Translations under genes and position numbers: made by a program | The notes under the pieces: generated by a model | Database searches by the model: none | What the model saw: only the letters and a program-made list of their open reading frames with translations | Told to the model about the DNA's origin: nothing | Shown: positions 8,687-16,209 of the stretch, one piece after another | How positions within the stretch are numbered: the stretch's first letter is position 1 | Layout: each line of letters begins with the position of its first letter | Source: an uncultured Dehalococcoidales bacterium | GTDB taxonomy: Bacteria > Chloroflexota > Dehalococcoidia > Dehalococcoidales > W111 | Direction: 5' to 3' | Length of the DNA stretch: 56,818 nucleotides | Assembly (NCBI GenBank): GCA_964575695.1 | Contig: CAZNSC010000003.1 | Span: 1 to 56,818 of the forward strand

Positions 8687-9160
8687 TTAAGTAAATCTTC
8701 TCGCCAGCAGCCTTGTCGCCGGCAGAATCAGAATCGGAATAAGAGCTATAAGCGCCAGGATATCAATAGCCATATTGACTATCCCAGTGCTGCCAAAAGC
8801 CTGCCGTATCCCATCAACGGTATAGGTAAGCGGTAGCACATAGGCAATCTGCTGGAGTATCAGGGGAAGGGATGAGACTGGGGTGAAAACACCGCTTAAG
8901 AAAACCATCAGGAAGCGGGGTAGGTTGGCCAGTGTCTGCGCCTCAAACACCTCCCTGACCAGAACGCATATCAGGGCCCCCAGAGCAGAGAACAGCAGCA
9001 GCGATGGCACTAAAGTCAGGAGAAGATAGAGTACGTTAACCTGGTAAAGCCCCAAGGCGATGACAGACACCAGGGTCACCACCGCCGTTATCATCAGCCC
9101 GAAGACGGCACCTCCTAGCACCTTTCCCAGAAGTACACTCGATAGAGTCAACGGCGCCAA
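8687..9160 (-). pseudogene. N-terminally truncated ABC-2 permease
   Basis: Only the C-terminal ~4 TM segments are open. Sequence upstream (9161-9290) still reads permease-like but contains stops. No ATPase partner is present. Confidence 0.6.
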
Positions 9161-9305
9161 GGAATCGTTCTGGGCTGTACTGAGCTACCCTTACTCATCC
9201 GCTCTGGTGATGTGGAGGTCCCGCTGTTCGATACGACCCGAATACATGCTGAGGTTGCAGTCAAACTGGCGCTGGGTGAATAAAATAAGGTGACGATTGC
9301 AGGGC

Positions 9306-9334
9306 TTGACAAAGAGGGGCATAAGGTGTATTAT
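9306..9334 (+). promoter_or_regulatory. Sigma70-type promoter of the 9.4-17.4 kb operon
   Basis: TTGACA (9306-9311), a 17-nt spacer and TATTAT (9329-9334), 66 nt upstream of ATG 9400. Confidence 0.6.
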
Positions 9335-9348
9335 GGTTATGAGCATAT

Positions 9349-9372
9349 GTGCAATACACTAATGTTATGCAC
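9349..9372. promoter_or_regulatory. Imperfect 24-nt palindrome in the operon leader (candidate operator)
   Basis: GTGCAATACACTAATGTTATGCAC matches its own reverse complement at 18 of 24 positions. It lies between the -10 box and the RBS. Confidence 0.3.
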
Positions 9373-9399
9373 AAAACATCAATAATAGGAGAATCGTTT

Positions 9400-9873
9400 A
9401 TGGGAAGACCACAACTGTGGCGGCGCGTTAGCTTCGTACCACCAATAACCTATTTCAAGCCCGCCGGGATACCCTTGGCCAGTCTGCAAGAAGTACACCT
9501 TCTTGTTGAAGAAGCGGAGGCAATTCGGCTTAAGGACCTTGAGGGGCTGGAGCAGGAGGAATGCGCCCAGAAGATGAACATCTCCAGGAGCACTTTCTCC
9601 CGCATATTGGATTCAGCCCGGCAGAAAATTGCCGACGCTCTACTTAACGGTAAGGCAATACGGATTGAGGGCGGCAATTTTGAGATGGCGGTGCGCCGCT
9701 TCAGATGCATAAGTGGCCATGAGTGGGATGTGCCCTTTGAGAGTCTGGTTACTGCTCCACCTGAGCTTTGCCCTAAGTGTGACACGCCGAGCATTATGCC
9801 GCTTCTGCCACCTGGAATGGGATGGGGTCGGCGTGGTTGGGGAAGGCGCCACCGGGGAGGACGTAGCCGGTAG
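9400..9873 (+). CDS. DUF134 (UPF0251) HTH protein with C-terminal zinc ribbon and RG/GW-rich tail
   Basis: [39 protein letters not shown] and GKAIRIEGG. These are followed by CISGHEW..CPKCD and [19 protein letters not shown]. Confidence 0.85.
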   Translation: MGRPQLWRRVSFVPPITYFKPAGIPLASLQEVHLLVEEAEAIRLKDLEGLEQEECAQKMNISRSTFSRILDSARQKIADALLNGKAIRIEGGNFEMAVRRFRCISGHEWDVPFESLVTAPPELCPKCDTPSIMPLLPPGMGWGRRGWGRRHRGGRSR

Positions 9874-9887
9874 AGGAGTCTTACAAC

Positions 9888-10625
9888 GTGAAAGTCCTTG
9901 ATGATTTGCTGGCAATATTGGATACGGAAGCTAGCGTAAAAGACATACGCCAGGGTCTTTTCCATACCGCGGTGCTGACCCGAAACTGCGGCCTGGCGGC
10001 AACGCTTCCACGAGACGCCCTTCGGCAGGAACAACCATCGATCAAGATAAAGGAGCCCGGGTTCCTGCTGGAGAAAAATGCCTTGCATCTGGCTCGAATG
10101 TGTTATTCGGAAAGTATTCTTGAAGCAGCTATTGGCGTGGCTACCATCAACTCGCTCCTCGAGATTGACGAAGGGAGCTGCCAGAGCCTCAATGCCCGGG
10201 ACCTTATTGCTGAGGAAGGAAGGAATAGGAGAGTCGCCATCGTGGGCCATTTCCCCTTTATACCCAAGCTTCGTGAGGTGGTGAAAGAACTCTGGGTAAT
10301 CGAGAAGAATCCAAGGGAAGGAGACTTCGCCGAAGCTGAGGCAGAGGATTTCATCCCGCAGGCTGATGTCGTGGGTATCACCGGTACCGCTTTTACCAAC
10401 CACACCATTGAGCGCTTACTGCAACTATGCAATCCCGATGCTTACGTGGTGATACTTGGAGATACTGCCCCCTTGTCTCCCATTCTCTTTGACTATGGTA
10501 TTGATGCCATATCAGGCACGAAGGTAATTGACCCGGACTTGGCCCTCCGTTGCGTGAGTGAGGGAGCCACCTACCGGCAGATTAAAGGAATTCGCCAACT
10601 TACTATGATGAGGAACAGGAGATAA
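9888..10625 (+). CDS. DUF4213/DUF364 family protein (putative metal-chelation, Rossmann-like)
   Basis: GTG start after GAGGAG. N-terminal ...FHTAVLTRNCGLA and C-terminal VAIVGHFPFI...ILGDT pattern typical of the family. Confidence 0.7.
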   Translation: MKVLDDLLAILDTEASVKDIRQGLFHTAVLTRNCGLAATLPRDALRQEQPSIKIKEPGFLLEKNALHLARMCYSESILEAAIGVATINSLLEIDEGSCQSLNARDLIAEEGRNRRVAIVGHFPFIPKLREVVKELWVIEKNPREGDFAEAEAEDFIPQADVVGITGTAFTNHTIERLLQLCNPDAYVVILGDTAPLSPILFDYGIDAISGTKVIDPDLALRCVSEGATYRQIKGIRQLTMMRNRR

Positions 10626-10628
10626 ACA

Positions 10629-11039
10629 TTGAACCGGCGCAGCACGGAGCAGCGTGAACTAATGCAGGAAATCCTGCAGTGTGCTGACGGCCACCTGGAC
10701 GCCGATGAGATCTACCAGCAGGCCCGCCAGAGGGCACCCAGCATCAGCCTATCCACTGTATACCGTAATTTGCAGCTGTTCAAGGAACTGGGCTTGGTCG
10801 AGGAGCACCAGTTTGGCAGTCGCCGATATTATGAACCGGCCCCTCAAGCCAAGCATCACCACCTGGTATGCCTGGGCTGCGGTCGGGTTTTTGAATTCAA
10901 ATGTCCGTCCAGTGACAGGCTTAGAGACGAAATTAGCAGAAAAGAAGGATTCAGGGTGACCGAAGCTGAGGTTCGTCTTGCTGGATATTGTCCGGATTGC
11001 CAGGAGCGCCTGTCTGTTAGTGCTAGCGAAAACAGATGA
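10629..11039 (+). CDS. Fur family transcriptional regulator
   Basis: TEQRELMQEIL...LSTVYRNLQLFKELGLV winged helix. HHHLVCLGCG and C-terminal CPDC metal sites. TTG start. Confidence 0.85.
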   Translation: MNRRSTEQRELMQEILQCADGHLDADEIYQQARQRAPSISLSTVYRNLQLFKELGLVEEHQFGSRRYYEPAPQAKHHHLVCLGCGRVFEFKCPSSDRLRDEISRKEGFRVTEAEVRLAGYCPDCQERLSVSASENR

Positions 11040-11064
11040 ATATCCGGTGAAGGAGGTGAGGTAA

Positions 11065-11274
11065 ATGCCATTCGGAGATGGGACTGGACCAAGGGGGATA
11101 GGACCGATGACGGGAAGGGGAGCTGGCTACTGTGCTGGCTTTGGCCGGCCCGGCTTTGCCAACCCGATACCGGGAAGAAGGTGGTCTGGCTTTGGCTGGA
11201 GAGGCTGGGGGCGCGGCAGAGGTAGAGGCTCCGGCTGGCGCTGGTGTAGACCGTACTGGTACTCTTGGTGGTAG
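11065..11274 (+). CDS. DUF5320-type low-complexity protein (N-terminal-half type)
   Basis: MPFGDGTGPRGIGPMTGRGAGYCAG followed by an RG/GW-rich tail ending WYSWW. GAAGGAGGTGAGG RBS. Confidence 0.75.
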   Translation: MPFGDGTGPRGIGPMTGRGAGYCAGFGRPGFANPIPGRRWSGFGWRGWGRGRGRGSGWRWCRPYWYSWW

Positions 11275-11309
11275 AAGCACAAATAGAAATCTTTGTGGAG
11301 GTGGGAGAT

Positions 11310-11519
11310 ATGTGGCCCTGTTATGGATACTGGCATCCATGGGGAGGGGGCGGGCACAGGCACTGGTGGGTTCCACCTTTTGCCTGGGCGTGGGCACCCG
11401 TACCCAAGGAAGAAGAGATAGCCATGCTGGAAGAGCAGGCACGAATACTTGGGTGTGAACTGGAAAGCATCACGAAGAGACTTGAAGAGTTGAAGAAACA
11501 GGAGGTGAAAAATGCCTAA
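11310..11519 (+). CDS. Trp/Gly-rich protein with DUF5320-type C-terminal coiled coil
   Basis: ATG 11310 after GGAGGTGGGAG. WPCYGYWHPWGGGGHRHWWVPPFAWAWAP followed by EEEIAMLEEQARILGCELESITKRLEELKK. Confidence 0.65.
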   Translation: MWPCYGYWHPWGGGGHRHWWVPPFAWAWAPVPKEEEIAMLEEQARILGCELESITKRLEELKKQEVKNA

Positions 11520-11856
11520 TGGATTTGGACGAGGAAGAGGCTTCGGCCGCGGCTTTGGTGGAGGTATGGGTTTCGGTTTCCGTGGTGCCTCGCCTCCCTG
11601 GCCCTACGTGGGGATAGGCAGAGGTGGACTGCCGCGATGCGGCTACTTTTTGAGTGGCGCTGGCGCGCCTGCGCCCTGGCAGTACCAGGCCCCCTTCTAT
11701 GGTCAACCAGCCGCCCCTGGCTATACACCCTTTACGCCTCAAATGACCAAAGAGGATGAGCTTGACTATTTGAGAGACCAGGCGGAGGCGGTAAAGGGGC
11801 AGCTAGAGGAGATTGAAGCCAGGATGCGTGACCTGGAGAGCAAGCAAAAGGAATAA
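11512..11856 (+). CDS. DUF5320 family protein (RG/FG-rich plus coiled coil)
   Basis: MPNGFGRGRGFGRGFGGGMGFGFRG... then EDELDYLRDQAEAVKGQLEEIEARMRDLE. AGGAGGTG RBS. 8-nt overlap with the previous gene. Confidence 0.75.
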   Translation: MPNGFGRGRGFGRGFGGGMGFGFRGASPPWPYVGIGRGGLPRCGYFLSGAGAPAPWQYQAPFYGQPAAPGYTPFTPQMTKEDELDYLRDQAEAVKGQLEEIEARMRDLESKQKE

Positions 11857-11870
11857 CTGAGGAGGAGGCC

Positions 11871-12482
11871 ATGAAAATCGCAATTTCGGCGGCGGGTTCT
11901 AGTCTCGATGCCGGGGTAGACCCTCGCTTCGGGCGGTGTCAGTATTTCATTGTTGCCGACGCGGAGACGAAGGAATTTGAGGCGGTGGACAACTCCAGTG
12001 CCATGGCAGCCGGTGGAGCCGGTATTTCGGCCGCTCAGGCGATTGCCGATAAGGGCGTGGAGGCAGTCCTGACCGGAAACTGCGGCCCTAACGCCTATCA
12101 AGTGCTGTCCTCTGCTGGCATCCGGGTGATAACCGGTGTTTCCGGCAAGATAAGGGACGCTATCGAAGGCTACCGGTCGGGTAGGTTCCAGTCAAGCGCC
12201 CAGCCCAATGTACCCGACCACTTTGGTGTGGGCGGAAGGCCTGGTATAGGAGGTGGCCCTGGCGCGGGCAGAGGTATGGGAATGGGGAGAGGGATGGGCA
12301 GAGGAATGGGTATGGGGTTTGGCATGACCCCGCCGGTGAGTGCAATACCCCAGCCGCAGAGTCCAGAGCAAGAGCTTGAGACGCTTAAAGCGCAGTCACA
12401 GGCAATGGCACAGCAGCTGGCTGACATTCAGCGCCGTATTGATGGGCTAGAAAAGAAAAGTGAAGGGAATGTTCAGTTCTGA
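11871..12482 (+). CDS. NifX/NifB-C-terminal-like cofactor-binding domain fused to a Gly/Met-rich segment and coiled coil
   Basis: MKIAISA...DPRFGRCQYFIV...LTGNCGPNAY is dinitrogenase FeMo-cofactor-binding-domain-like. GRGMGMGRGMGRGMGMGFGM lies at 12225-12326, followed by a coiled coil. Confidence 0.85.
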   Translation: MKIAISAAGSSLDAGVDPRFGRCQYFIVADAETKEFEAVDNSSAMAAGGAGISAAQAIADKGVEAVLTGNCGPNAYQVLSSAGIRVITGVSGKIRDAIEGYRSGRFQSSAQPNVPDHFGVGGRPGIGGGPGAGRGMGMGRGMGRGMGMGFGMTPPVSAIPQPQSPEQELETLKAQSQAMAQQLADIQRRIDGLEKKSEGNVQF

Positions 12483-12531
12483 GGTCGAGGGCTGAGCTAA
12501 ATGCACTGAAAGAATCTGAGGAGGTGGCGCA

Positions 12532-12729
12532 ATGCCCAAAGGAGATGGAACCGGGCCTCCGCGCACTTCGGCGCAGAGGAGCGGTCGAATGAAAGGGAAT
12601 CGAGCGGGGGCAGGACCCGGCGGCAACTGTGTGTGCCCTAGCTGTGGCGAGAAGGTGCCTCATCAGCAGGGAATACCTTGTTACGGTGTGAGCTGTCCCA
12701 AATGTGGGGTAAAGATGGTCAGAGGCTAA
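12532..12729 (+). CDS. Cys4 zinc-ribbon mini-protein with DUF5320-like N-terminus
   Basis: MPKGDGTGP... then CVCPSCG...CPKCG. GAGGAGGTGG RBS. Confidence 0.7.
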   Translation: MPKGDGTGPPRTSAQRSGRMKGNRAGAGPGGNCVCPSCGEKVPHQQGIPCYGVSCPKCGVKMVRG

Positions 12730-12731
12730 AA

Positions 12732-13604
12732 ATGTTAATATCAGTCGCCAGCGGTAAAGGCGGGACGGGTAAGACGCTGGTAGCCACTAGTCTTGCTCTC
12801 TCCTTGAAAGATAGCCACAAGGTCGTGCTTCTTGACTGTGATGTCGAGGAGCCCAACGACCATATTCTACTAAAGCCAGTAATTGTCGGCAGTGAACCAG
12901 TTCATATCCAAGTACCCAAGGTTACAGAGGATAAATGTACCTGTTGCGGCAGGTGCGCTCAGGTATGTGTCTATCACGCCATTGCCGTACTGGGCAATCA
13001 TGTGCTGACCTTTCCCCAGCTCTGCCACGGGTGTGGTGCCTGCAGCTACCTCTGCCCGGAGAAGGCTATCGCTGAAGAGACCAGGGAGACAGGCGTGGTT
13101 GAGTGGGGGCGCTCGGATGGCATCGGTCTTGTACACGGCATACTCACGGTGGGTGAGGCGATGGCGCCGCCGGTTATCAGGAAGGTGAAAGAATATGGCA
13201 AAGACAATGGCGATGGCGTAGTCATCAGAGATGTTCCGCCGGGCACATCCTGCCCGGTAGTCGAAGCAATTAAAGGAAGCGATTTCTGTCTGCTGGTAAC
13301 CGAGCCGACTCCGTTCGGGCTCAACGACCTCATGCTTGCCGCCGAAACGGTGAGGGAGCTCAACATACCCTGTGGCGTTGTCCTCAACCGTGCCGGTGTC
13401 GGCGACGCCGGAGTAGAAGAATACTGCCGAAAAGAGAATATCCCTGTTCTGCTCACCGTCCCCCTGGATACCGAGATTGCCCGCCTGTATTCGAGGGGGA
13501 TTCCCTTGATTGAGGGTATGCCAGAGTGGAAAGAGCGTTTCGTGGCGCTATTTGACGGAATTCGGGAGATAGCAAATGAGAGAGTTAGTCGTATTAAGCG
13601 GTAA
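12732..13604 (+). CDS. MinD/CooC-type P-loop ATPase with inserted 2x[4Fe-4S] ferredoxin domain
   Basis: Deviant Walker A SGKGGTGKT. CTCCGRCAQVCVYHAI and CHGCGACSYLCPEKAI motifs. Confidence 0.9.
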   Translation: MLISVASGKGGTGKTLVATSLALSLKDSHKVVLLDCDVEEPNDHILLKPVIVGSEPVHIQVPKVTEDKCTCCGRCAQVCVYHAIAVLGNHVLTFPQLCHGCGACSYLCPEKAIAEETRETGVVEWGRSDGIGLVHGILTVGEAMAPPVIRKVKEYGKDNGDGVVIRDVPPGTSCPVVEAIKGSDFCLLVTEPTPFGLNDLMLAAETVRELNIPCGVVLNRAGVGDAGVEEYCRKENIPVLLTVPLDTEIARLYSRGIPLIEGMPEWKERFVALFDGIREIANERVSRIKR

Positions 13605-14448
13605 AGGAGGCACCGGAAAGACCAGCATCGTTGGTTCCCTGGCTGCTCTGGCTCAAAGCAAGGTGCTGGCTGACTGCGATGTGGATGCGGCTGACCTGTA
13701 CCTGCTGCTCAGCCCCACCGTCAGGGAGAATAACGAGTTCTGGAGCGGACAGGTGGCCTATATAGACAAAGACGGATGCACTGAGTGTGGACTGTGCCAG
13801 GAGTTGTGCCGTTTTAATGCTATCAAGGATTTCAGAGTTGACCCGGTAGCCTGTGAGGGATGTGGTTTCTGTTCTCGCATCTGCCCGGTTGAAGCCATCA
13901 CTATGAAAGAAAATATGGCTGGGCGTTGGTTTATCTCCGATACCGGGTATGGCCCGCTGGTTCATGCCAAACTTGGCATTGCCCAGGAGAATTCAGGGAA
14001 GCTGGTGGCGCTGGTCCGGCAGCGGGCGAGACAGACTGCCGATAAAGAGGGAAAAGATTTCATCATCAGTGACGGCCCGCCCGGTATCGGCTGCCCGGTA
14101 ATCTCATCACTTTCCGGGGCCAGCCTGGCTCTTCTGGTTACTGAGCCGACGTTATCCGGGATACATGACCTGGAGAGAGTCCTGGGCGTGTGCCAGCATT
14201 TCGGCGTCCCGGCCAAGGTATGCATCAACAAGTGCGACCTGAACGAGGAAAACAGCCGGCAGATAGAAAATAACTGTCTTAGCCTGGGAGTAGAGATAGC
14301 CGGGAGGGTTCCTTTTGATAACCTTGTTACTGAATCAATCGTCCGGGGGGTACCGGTGGTGGAATATTCCAGGGGCAGAGTCACTCAAGCGATAGAAAGA
14401 ATGTGGCGCACTCTGTCGGCGATGCTGGGGAATGGTAGCCAGAGGTGA
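13576..14448 (+). CDS. Second MinD/CooC-type ATPase with 2x[4Fe-4S] ferredoxin domain
   Basis: SGKGGTGKTS, CTECGLCQELCRFNAI and CEGCGFCSRICPVEAI. Overlaps the previous gene by 29 nt. Confidence 0.9.
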   Translation: MRELVVLSGKGGTGKTSIVGSLAALAQSKVLADCDVDAADLYLLLSPTVRENNEFWSGQVAYIDKDGCTECGLCQELCRFNAIKDFRVDPVACEGCGFCSRICPVEAITMKENMAGRWFISDTGYGPLVHAKLGIAQENSGKLVALVRQRARQTADKEGKDFIISDGPPGIGCPVISSLSGASLALLVTEPTLSGIHDLERVLGVCQHFGVPAKVCINKCDLNEENSRQIENNCLSLGVEIAGRVPFDNLVTESIVRGVPVVEYSRGRVTQAIERMWRTLSAMLGNGSQR

Positions 14449-14454
14449 CAGACT

Positions 14455-14634
14455 ATGCCAATCTATGAGTACGGATGTCTTAAATGCAGTGAGCGCTTCG
14501 AGCTACGGCGGAGCATGAGCGATAGCGACCGGGAAGTAAAATGTCCCAGGTGTGGGACAGAGAATCCGCGCCGCGTCTTCTCCGCCTTTGCCACAGCTTC
14601 TGGCGGCTCCTGTGCTCCGAGCGGCCCCACCTGA
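14455..14634 (+). CDS. FmdB-family zinc-ribbon protein (59 aa, below the ORF-track cutoff)
   Basis: My translation is MPIYEYGCLKCSERFELRRSMSDSDREVKCPRCGTENPRRVFSAF..., the CxxC-CxxC FmdB signature. Confidence 0.75.
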   Translation: MPIYEYGCLKCSERFELRRSMSDSDREVKCPRCGTENPRRVFSAFATASGGSCAPSGPT

Positions 14635-14698
14635 AGTGTTAGCTCGTGAGGCAGGCTGTCTCATATGAAACAAGTTTTGAAAGGAGGGGAAATAGGCG

Positions 14699-14926
14699 GT
14701 GCCAATTTACGATTTTAAGTGTCGAGAGTGCGGCAAGGTGTCAGAGGTACTTATCCGGGGTGCCGAGGAGCCACCTCGCTGCCCCGATTGCGGCAGTGAT
14801 GACTTGGAGAGGCTCATGTCCTCACCCAATATGGTCAGGACGACTACTCGGGCTCCCGGCACTACTTGCTGTGGCCGGGATGAGCGTTGCGGTGCGCCGC
14901 CTTGTTCTACCGGGGATCCCTGCTGA
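14699..14926 (+). CDS. FmdB-family zinc-ribbon protein with Cys-rich tail
   Basis: GTG start after AAAGGAGGGG. PIYDFKCRECG...CPDCGS then TCCGRDERCGAPPC. Confidence 0.8.
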   Translation: MPIYDFKCRECGKVSEVLIRGAEEPPRCPDCGSDDLERLMSSPNMVRTTTRAPGTTCCGRDERCGAPPCSTGDPC

Positions 14927-14949
14927 CGGCACTAGGGAGGATAGACAAC

Positions 14950-15243
14950 GTGGAGCCGATTGACCTCAAGCCAGGGTATTCAAGCAGTAATGTGCCGGGG
15001 AAATGTATCAAGTGCCTGGCTGAGCAGGAGCTTGATAGGTGCCTTCTTGAGTTAATGAGAGCCGGGTCAGACGATAAGGCGTTGGCGCAGAGATTTGAGA
15101 TGCTGGTATCTTTCTTGAAATCGCCTGAGTCGCAGAAGCTGCGTGACGAATCAGAGAGGTATCTTGCTGAGGGGAAACAGGTGACTGTCAGGATATCTTT
15201 TGAAGACGGGAATCCCAAATACGAACTCAAAGTAAATCAGTAA
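14950..15243 (+). CDS. Hypothetical protein (paralog of 8418-8684)
   Basis: GTG 14950 after GGGAGG. Contains CIKC and shares the C-terminal motif KLRDESERYLAEGKQV. Confidence 0.6.
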   Translation: MEPIDLKPGYSSSNVPGKCIKCLAEQELDRCLLELMRAGSDDKALAQRFEMLVSFLKSPESQKLRDESERYLAEGKQVTVRISFEDGNPKYELKVNQ

Positions 15244-15255
15244 ACGGAGGTATCT

Positions 15256-15594
15256 ATGAAGTATGCCGTACCAATAAGCGGCGGTATGGTATCGCCACAC
15301 TTCGGTCATTGTGAGCATTTTGCCCTGATCGACGTTGACGAGGAAAGTAAGAAGATAATCAGGAAAGAGCTTATCCCGTCACCGGGTCACCAGCCCGGTC
15401 TTCTTCCCCAATGGCTGGCGGAGCGAGGTGTCGCCTTTGTGATTGCCGGCGGTATGGGCTCCCGGGCACAGAGCCTTTTCCAGCAAAATCGCATCGGGGT
15501 CATCATCGGTGCCATGGAAAGCGACCCGGAGAAGGCGGTTCTGAGTTATGTGAATGGTCTACTAGCTACCGGGGATAACATATGTGACCATTAA
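15256..15594 (+). CDS. NifX/NifB-like cofactor-binding domain protein
   Basis: MKYAVPISGGMVSPHFGHCEHFALIDV...VIAGGMGSRA is typical of the family. ACGGAGG RBS. Confidence 0.85.
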   Translation: MKYAVPISGGMVSPHFGHCEHFALIDVDEESKKIIRKELIPSPGHQPGLLPQWLAERGVAFVIAGGMGSRAQSLFQQNRIGVIIGAMESDPEKAVLSYVNGLLATGDNICDH

Positions 15595-15625
15595 ATTAAA
15601 TGGGAGTTACCCAGGAGGGAGCCAC

Positions 15626-16177
15626 ATGCCTAGACGAGAGGCAATCTGTCCTCAGTCCAATGTTGATTTCAGGCTCATGTCTTTGTCCTATAAATTTCGG
15701 GATTTCATCAAACCCCGCATTCGTGTCCTGGAAGAGGTAGGCATTAAAGAAGGATTCCACGTCTTGGATTATGGCTGTGGTCCCGGAAGTTACATTGTAC
15801 CCCTTGCTGAACTGGTAGGTAAGTCGGGGAAGATTTATGCTCTGGATGTCCATCCACTTGCTATCCAGTCGGTTCGAAGGATAGCAGCCAGGAAACGACT
15901 GGTGAATGTGCATACCATCCTCTCCGACAGCAAGACTGGATTACAGCCCGATAGCTTGGATGTGGTTCTTCTGTACGATATCCTTCACGACCTGGATAAC
16001 CCGAACGGAGTGCTGGAAGAGTTGCACCGGGTGTTAAAACGAAAAGGCATTTTATCGGTGAGCGACCACCACATGAGGCAAGATGAAATAGTATCCAGGG
16101 TAGCCAGTAATGGGCTATTTACGTTATCAGCAAAGGGTAGAAGAACGTATGGTCTCTCATGCCAGAAGAAAGTCTAA
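15626..16177 (+). CDS. Class I SAM-dependent methyltransferase
   Basis: Motif I VLDYGCGPGSY and post-I KIYALDV. ATG 15626 after AGGAGGGAG. Paralog of 6660-7286. Confidence 0.85.
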   Translation: MPRREAICPQSNVDFRLMSLSYKFRDFIKPRIRVLEEVGIKEGFHVLDYGCGPGSYIVPLAELVGKSGKIYALDVHPLAIQSVRRIAARKRLVNVHTILSDSKTGLQPDSLDVVLLYDILHDLDNPNGVLEELHRVLKRKGILSVSDHHMRQDEIVSRVASNGLFTLSAKGRRTYGLSCQKKV

Positions 16178-16209
16178 CAAATTAATGTATTCAGGAACGG
16201 AGGTAACCT

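Noticed and set aside
9450-10403. 317-aa minus-strand ORF, the longest unassigned ORF in the operon region.
   Set aside because: It lies entirely antisense to the well-supported DUF134 and DUF364 genes. It has no RBS, a Ser/Arg/Leu-rich composition typical of shadow frames, and no recognisable motif.
11023-12427. Multiple overlapping ORFs (11023-11442, 11127-11363, 11132-11458, 11470-11742, 11516-11728, 12160-12345, 12170-12427), Pro/Arg/Gly-rich.
   Set aside because: They are alternative or antisense frames of the GC-rich GGN/CGN repeats that encode the RG/GW/GM-rich proteins. The plus-strand frames I chose each have a GGAGG RBS and family-typical N- or C-termini.
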